From Minisyncoccia bacterium (GTDB taxonomy: Bacteria; Patescibacteriota; Minisyncoccia; Phycocordibacterales; CAIZLB01): DNA of 64,000 nt. A model generated the notes under the pieces. It made no database searches. It saw only the letters and a program-made list of their open reading frames with translations, and was not told where the DNA came from. Position 1 is the stretch's first letter. Each line of letters starts with the position of its first letter. The DNA lies in the NCBI GenBank assembly GCA_041752275.1, contig JBGSHK010000008.1:2641-66640 (forward strand). Reading direction: 5' to 3'. The position numbers and the translations under genes were made by a program. Shown here one piece after another: positions 58,156 through 64,000 of the stretch.

Positions 58156-61100
58156 ATGAATACAACACAAACAACAATTGTAGGACAAATCGAAAGAAAA
58201 ACACAGAACCGTGTTGTTTCTCTTTTTCGTGATAGTTTAGGTTATGATTATTTTGGTAATTGGGAAGATCGTGAAGAAAATAGCAATATTGAGGAAGAAT
58301 ACTTGCGACCATTTCTTATGCGATCAGGTCATGGTGATATACTTATAGATAAAGCCATCGAAACTCTAAAAAAGTCTACGAATCGTCCACAACTATCACT
58401 GTATGAACTCAACAAAGAAACATATGGTCTTCTTAGATATGGAATTAAGGTTCGTGAAGGATTGGGGGAAAGTTATCAGACAATTTGGCCTATAGATTGG
58501 AAGAATCCAGAAAAGAATCATTTTGCGATTGCGGAAGAGGTAACTATCAAAGGGAATAAGACAAAGCGTCCTGACATTGTTTTATATGTGAATGGTATTG
58601 CAGTTGGTGTGATTGAACTCAAGAGAAGTACTGTCTCTGTATCAGAGGGTATTAGACAGAATATAGGAAATCAAAAAGAAGATTTTATAAAAACATTCTT
58701 TGGAACGATCCAATTGATAATGGCTGGTAATGATACAGAAGGATTAAGATATGGTACAACGGAAACCCCAGAGGTTCATTATCTCTCATGGAAAGAGGTG
58801 GGGGTTGGTAGTGAATCTAGACTTGATAAAACAATACTTCAGATATGTGATAAGAATAGAATATTAGAGATTATTCATAATTTTATTGTATTTGATAGTG
58901 GAATTAAGAAGACCTGTAGACATAATCAATATTTTGGTATTAAATCAGCACAGGATTATCTAAACCGACATGAAGGTGGAATAGTTTGGCACACTCAAGG
59001 TTCTGGAAAATCTTTGACTATGGTGTGGCTAGCAAAATGGATCCGAGAAAATATCTCTGATGCACGTGTTCTTCTTCTTACTGACCGCACAGAGCTTGAT
59101 CAACAGATTAAGCAAGTATTTAATGGTGTTGATGAAGAAATATGGCGAGCACCAAATGCTAAAGATCTGCTTTCTGAATTAAATAAAAAGGATAAGTGGC
59201 TTCTGTGTTCACTAGTCCACAAATTCGGAAGAAGAAATGCAAATGGTGAGATGGAAGTTGATGTTGATTCTTTGCGAAGTAATTTACCAACTGATTTCTC
59301 AGCAAAAGGAAATATATATGTATTTGTTGATGAATGTCATCGATCACACACAGGTAAACTCCACGAGGCAATGAAGGAGTTATTGCCAAACGCTACTTTT
59401 ATTGGCTTTACAGGCACACCGCTTCTAAAGATTGATAAATCGAATAGTGTTGGCTCATTTGGTCCTTATATCCATACATACAAATACAATGAGGCTGTCG
59501 CTGATAAAGTTGTATTGGATTTAAGGTATGAAGCTCGTAGAGTTGATCAAGATATATCTTCTCAAGATAAGATCGATGAATGGTTTGAAGAACGTACACA
59601 AGGACTTACTGATGTAGCAAAAGCAGAATTGAAAAAACGTTGGGGTACAATGCAGAGTTTGTTATCTTCAAAGTCACGTTTAGAAAAAGTAGTATTTGAT
59701 ATTCTTGATGATTTCTATAAAAAGGATCGTCTTGCGAGTGGTCGGGGTAATGCCATGCTGGTTGCAAGTAGTATTTCTGAAGCTTGTATGTATTATGAGA
59801 TATTTCAGTTACAAGGTTTTACTAAATGTGCCGTTGTAACCTCATATGAACCAGGTGCTCTTTCAAGTGATACTCGTGAATATGCTATATATCAAAGAAT
59901 GTTAGGAGGTAAAGATACCGAGACTTTTGAAAAAGAAGTAAAAAAGAAATTCATTGATACACCAGGACAAATGCAACTTCTAATTGTGGTGGACAAACTA
60001 CTCACCGGCTTTGACGCTCCGCCTGCTACATATCTTTATATCGATAGAAATATGCAGGATCATGGATTGTTCCAAGCAATTTGTCGTGTAAATCGATTGG
60101 ATGGTGATGATAAGGAATACGGATATATTGTTGATTACCGCGACCTCTTTAAGAAGCTTGAAAAAGCCGTGAGTGACTATACTTCAGATGCACTGGATGG
60201 ATTTGATAAGGAAGATGTTGTAGGCCTTTTGAAGGATAGAATGGATGAAGGTAAGAAAGATTTAGATGAAGCCTTAGAGGTGGTTCGAGCATTGTGCGAG
60301 CCTGTAGCTCCTCCAAAAGATTCTATAAAATACATTAACTATTTTTGTGGTGATGTTGAAAATCCCTACTCTCTTAAAGAAAATGAGGTAAAAAGAGTTA
60401 AGTTATATAAGTCTGTAAGTCATCTCATAAGATCTTATGCTGATATTGCGAATGATATGAAGGATGCTGGATACAATAAAGATCAAGCAAAAGCTATCGA
60501 AAAAGACGTGAAGCATTATGAACAGGTACGTACAGAAGTAAAGCTTGCAAGTGGTGATTATATCGACCTCAAAAAATATGAATCTGCCATGCGCGTTCTT
60601 ATTGATAGATATATATCAGCCACTGAAAGTCAGAAGCTGTCAGCCTTCAATGATATGACATTGGTGGATTTGATTGTTAAAAAAGGTGAGGATGCTTTGA
60701 ATAATTTACCTGACACTATTAAGCAAAGTCATGAAGCTGTTGCTGAAACAATTGAGAACAATGTACGTAAACTTATTATTGATGAGATGCCAACAAATCC
60801 TAAGTATTACTTACGTATGTCTGAGCTTTTAAATGAATTGGTAAAAAAACGTAAGCAAGCAGATGTTGAATACAGGGAGTACTTGAAACAGATTATTGAG
60901 CTATCTAAAAAGGTTAAAGATCCTATGGACGAATCTGTAGGTGTAGAAATTAACACATCTGCAAAACGAGCTATCTACGATAATCTCGGACAAGATGTAC
61001 AAAAAGCTGTTATGGTACACGAAGCTGTTATGGGTTCAAGGCAGGCAGATTGGCGAGGTAATAAACTTAAAGAGAGGGCAATTAAAATTGAAATTAGAAA

Positions 61101-61173
61101 AGTGTTACCGGATATCATCGATGAAGATATGAAAACTTTAATTGAAATTATTAAAAATCAACATGAGTATTAA
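58156..61173 (+). CDS. hsdR: type I RM restriction endonuclease/helicase subunit HsdR
   Basis: N-terminal PD-(D/E)xK region (DIVLYVNGIAVGVIELK), SF2 helicase motifs (TQGSGKS; DECHRSHTG), 1005 aa. Confidence 0.88.
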   Translation: MNTTQTTIVGQIERKTQNRVVSLFRDSLGYDYFGNWEDREENSNIEEEYLRPFLMRSGHGDILIDKAIETLKKSTNRPQLSLYELNKETYGLLRYGIKVREGLGESYQTIWPIDWKNPEKNHFAIAEEVTIKGNKTKRPDIVLYVNGIAVGVIELKRSTVSVSEGIRQNIGNQKEDFIKTFFGTIQLIMAGNDTEGLRYGTTETPEVHYLSWKEVGVGSESRLDKTILQICDKNRILEIIHNFIVFDSGIKKTCRHNQYFGIKSAQDYLNRHEGGIVWHTQGSGKSLTMVWLAKWIRENISDARVLLLTDRTELDQQIKQVFNGVDEEIWRAPNAKDLLSELNKKDKWLLCSLVHKFGRRNANGEMEVDVDSLRSNLPTDFSAKGNIYVFVDECHRSHTGKLHEAMKELLPNATFIGFTGTPLLKIDKSNSVGSFGPYIHTYKYNEAVADKVVLDLRYEARRVDQDISSQDKIDEWFEERTQGLTDVAKAELKKRWGTMQSLLSSKSRLEKVVFDILDDFYKKDRLASGRGNAMLVASSISEACMYYEIFQLQGFTKCAVVTSYEPGALSSDTREYAIYQRMLGGKDTETFEKEVKKKFIDTPGQMQLLIVVDKLLTGFDAPPATYLYIDRNMQDHGLFQAICRVNRLDGDDKEYGYIVDYRDLFKKLEKAVSDYTSDALDGFDKEDVVGLLKDRMDEGKKDLDEALEVVRALCEPVAPPKDSIKYINYFCGDVENPYSLKENEVKRVKLYKSVSHLIRSYADIANDMKDAGYNKDQAKAIEKDVKHYEQVRTEVKLASGDYIDLKKYESAMRVLIDRYISATESQKLSAFNDMTLVDLIVKKGEDALNNLPDTIKQSHEAVAETIENNVRKLIIDEMPTNPKYYLRMSELLNELVKKRKQADVEYREYLKQIIELSKKVKDPMDESVGVEINTSAKRAIYDNLGQDVQKAVMVHEAVMGSRQADWRGNKLKERAIKIEIRKVLPDIIDEDMKTLIEIIKNQHEY

Positions 61174-61885
61174 TTCATATTTGCAACTTGGTCCAATCGA
61201 GGCATTAATTGTTCGTAAACCGGTCAAGAACTTACATCTTTCGATATTACCACCAAATGGATGGGTACGTGTTACTGCCCCACAAAATATGAATGATGAT
61301 GCCATAAGAACACTTCTGGCACTTAGACTTCCGTGGATAAAAAAACAACAAGCAAAATTTAGTGGACAGCAAAGACAAACCAAACGAGATTATGTCTCAG
61401 GAGAGAGTCATTATTTTCTTGGTAAAAGATATAAGCTTGAAGTTATATACAAAGATGAGCCATCCAATATAACAATAAAAGGGAAAAATAAAATTATTTT
61501 ACAAGTTAAACCAAAAACTAGTGTAAAAAAGAAACAAGAAATTATTACTGATTGGTATCGAGAAGAACTACATATTGTTTTAAATGAGCTTGTTGATAAA
61601 TGGCAAAAAAAGATTGGGGTTGAGGCTTCTTCTTGGAGTATTAAACAAATGAAAACTCGTTGGGGTACTTGTAATCATGAAACAGCAAAGGTACTTTTTA
61701 ATCTAGAGTTATCAAAAAAACCAATTAGTTGTATTGAATATGTGGTAGTCCATGAATTAGTTCATTTAATTGAAAGAAAGCATACTGAAAGGTTTGTTGC
61801 TTTGGTGGCCAAGCATCTTCCTAAATGGAAAAGCCTGAAGGATGAACTTAATAGTTTTATACTTTCTTATGACGAATGGAAATAA
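61163..61885 (+). CDS. DUF45/YgjP-like M48-related zinc metallohydrolase
   Basis: C-terminal HELVHLIERKH (HExxH) in a ~240-aa protein directly after hsdR, as seen in many type I RM loci. Confidence 0.7.
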   Translation: MSINSYLQLGPIEALIVRKPVKNLHLSILPPNGWVRVTAPQNMNDDAIRTLLALRLPWIKKQQAKFSGQQRQTKRDYVSGESHYFLGKRYKLEVIYKDEPSNITIKGKNKIILQVKPKTSVKKKQEIITDWYREELHIVLNELVDKWQKKIGVEASSWSIKQMKTRWGTCNHETAKVLFNLELSKKPISCIEYVVVHELVHLIERKHTERFVALVAKHLPKWKSLKDELNSFILSYDEWK

Positions 61886-62058
61886 AAAACTAGCCAAATC
61901 TTCAAGTACAGTACCAGAGATAAGTATAAGTAATTAAATAACAGAAGACATAGGTCTTAGGAATTTTGATAATGAGGTTTTAATTAATTCTGTTACATTC
62001 TTTTGTATATATTTGAAAATTGATGCTATTCAGTTAAAAAAGATATATAATAGTTTTT

Positions 62059-62814
62059 ATGGTAAATTCTAAAAAGAAAACTATTTCTGTAAAAAATACT
62101 AAACTAGTGTGGGGTGAAAGCGCGGGCTATTGTGCAAAATGTAAAAATAGGGTTATAGAAAAAATTGCAAAAGGAACACTTGAACCAGTTGGTCAATTGG
62201 CACATATTGAAGGTGAAATGCCGGGGTCTAAAAGATATAATCCTAATCAATCTGATAATGAGAGAAATGGACATGATAATTTAATTTTATTATGCCCAAA
62301 TGATCATGATTTGATCGATAGAGATGATGTTACGTACACTGTTGAAGTTCTACATAAAATGAAAAAAGATCATTTGAGGTTTGTTTTCAATTGTATTAAA
62401 TCAGAACTTCCAAATATCACCTTTGCTGAACTAGAAGTGGTTGTTAATTATTTAGTGTCTTCGGATAATAATTTTACTCCTGATCACTCTTTAGATCACA
62501 TTACACCTCAACAAAAAATAGATAAAAATAAACTAACAAATGATAATGCTATTTTAATAACAATGGGAATGACAAGGGTAAAACATGTTAAAGAATACCT
62601 AAACAATAATCCTGATGTTAATTTTTCAGAAAGGTTGAGAACAAAATTGTCTGAGTATTATACTCAAGCAAAAATTGAAGAATCTGACACAAATATTTTA
62701 TTTGAAAATATGATAGAATATGTATCTGGAAACTCTGTTGATATTAAAAAGAAAGCTGCTGCAATTGCTGTTATGACTTATTTTTTTGAAACTTGTGATA
62801 TATTTGAAAAATGA
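62059..62814 (+). CDS. HNH-nuclease-domain protein with a ~130-aa C-terminal helical domain
   Basis: N-terminal CxxC...AHIEG...N(x)HDNLILLCPNDHDLID HNH motif; C-terminal domain unassigned. Confidence 0.6.
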   Translation: MVNSKKKTISVKNTKLVWGESAGYCAKCKNRVIEKIAKGTLEPVGQLAHIEGEMPGSKRYNPNQSDNERNGHDNLILLCPNDHDLIDRDDVTYTVEVLHKMKKDHLRFVFNCIKSELPNITFAELEVVVNYLVSSDNNFTPDHSLDHITPQQKIDKNKLTNDNAILITMGMTRVKHVKEYLNNNPDVNFSERLRTKLSEYYTQAKIEESDTNILFENMIEYVSGNSVDIKKKAAAIAVMTYFFETCDIFEK

Positions 62815-63032
62815 TTCTACCTAATAAAAACATAATACTATCTAATTCACTATTAGGTCTCGGCCAGATTGTTTTAGGTATCTTAAATAATAAAGAAACG
62901 GTATCTTCTTTGTGGTTAAAAACTCGTGGAGAAAAAATTAATACTTTTGGAAAATTTATTTTAGTTTTAGATTTTTTATACACATTGAAATTAGTAAAGA
63001 TCACTGATAATCTTATAAGTAAGACAAATGAT

Positions 63033-64000
63033 TAAATCAATCAAAAGCAATAATAAAGATTTTAAAACAGTGACTTTTAAAGAGGGTTTTAACGTTGTGT
63101 TGGCTGAAAGAACTTTAGATTCAACAGATAAAGATTCTCGAAACGGTGTTGGTAAATCAACTTTAATTGAGATAATACATTTTTGTTTAGGTTCAGATTT
63201 GAGTAAGACAAGTTTTTTGGCTCTAAATTGCAAGAATCATTCTTTTACAATAGAACTTGAGTTACAAAACAATACACTAAGTGCGACGAGGAGTATTGAA
63301 AATCCTAACGTGATACAAATGTACGGTGATTTTTCAAGTTTACCAGTTAAACCAAAGTATGATGAGCACTACAAATCAAACATATATTCTATTGAAGAGT
63401 GGAAGGGTGTTTTAGGTCAAAAGTTATTTAATTTAAATATTGAGAATGGCGGAAAATATAATCCATCTTTTCGAACTCTAATTTCTTATTTTATAAGAAA
63501 AGGTGTAGGTGCATTTATTGATCCCTTTAAATATTTTCCCGATCAGCCAAATTACAGTGTTCAAGTGCATAATAATTTTCTTTTAAATTTAGACATTAAT
63601 CATGCAATAAGTTTTCAAAAAATTAAAGATGAAAAAGAATCTTTTAATATTATAAGAAAAAACATAAATGATGATTCACTTAACGACATATTAGGATCAG
63701 TAGGTGAATTGCAAGCGGAAAGAGTTAGGTTGACTGAGGAATCAATAGAATTAGATTTACAAATTAAGTCTTTCAAGGTTCATACTCAATATAAAAAAAT
63801 ACAAGAAGAGGCTGATTTGATAACTGGTCAGATTCACGCATTACTTAATGATATCAATCTGGATCAAAGAATTTTGGCAGAATATAAGAACAGTTTAGTT
63901 GAGGAAGAGGATGTTTCAGCAGATAAGGTGGCAGAGGTATATTCTGAGGCAGGGTTGGTTTTTGATAAAAAAGTAATGAATAGATTAACTGATGTGCGTA
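63033..64000 (+). CDS. P-loop ATPase of the ABC/SMC-like (AAA_15/RecF-like) type, N-terminal part (continues beyond window)
   Basis: EGFNVVLAERTLDSTDKDSRNGVGKSTLIEIIHFCLG is a Walker A typical of ABC-like defence ATPases, followed by coiled-coil-like sequence. No stop before nt 64000. Confidence 0.65.

Overview
Low-GC (~30-35%) bacterial chromosomal segment with small, tightly packed genes and several domain fusions, possibly from a reduced Patescibacteria/CPR-like genome (this assignment is an inference). Core content: a rearranged division/cell-wall (dcw) cluster (mraY-ftsW-murG, then a short inserted gene, then mraZ-rsmH-ftsL-ftsI); pyk, radC, rsmI, dedA, uvrB, a divergent adenylate-kinase-like gene, uvrA, plsC, a HAD hydrolase, efp; on the minus strand trxB, ftsZ, ftsA, ybeY, rpsU; leuS, a very large surface protein, rnpB (RNase P RNA, minus strand, missed by the ORF track), murJ, mscL, mreB, guaC, msrB/msrA, tspO, lemA-TPM, cdaA, idi, and an AAC(3)-I-like acetyltransferase. 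From ~50.9 kb to the window end the composition and organisation change: a DUF1398 gene, a ~3 kb higher-GC array of five small minus-strand genes embedded in a mosaic of duplicated terminator/promoter/leader modules, then a complete type I restriction-modification (RM) operon (hsdM-hsdS-hsdR), a DUF45 metalloprotease, an HNH-nuclease protein and a P-loop/ABC-like ATPase that runs off the window end. This looks like a defence island with at least one unclassified system candidate. Other notable items: a ~70-nt intergenic module present in three copies with conserved flanks around a structurally conserved but sequence-variable hairpin; two disrupted genes (in-frame TGA in a Na/Pi cotransporter; +1 frameshift in a THUMP methyltransferase); an unusually long ftsA-ftsZ spacer carrying an antisense ORF. 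Coordinates I derived by hand may be off by 1-3 nt; ORF-track coordinates were used wherever possible.
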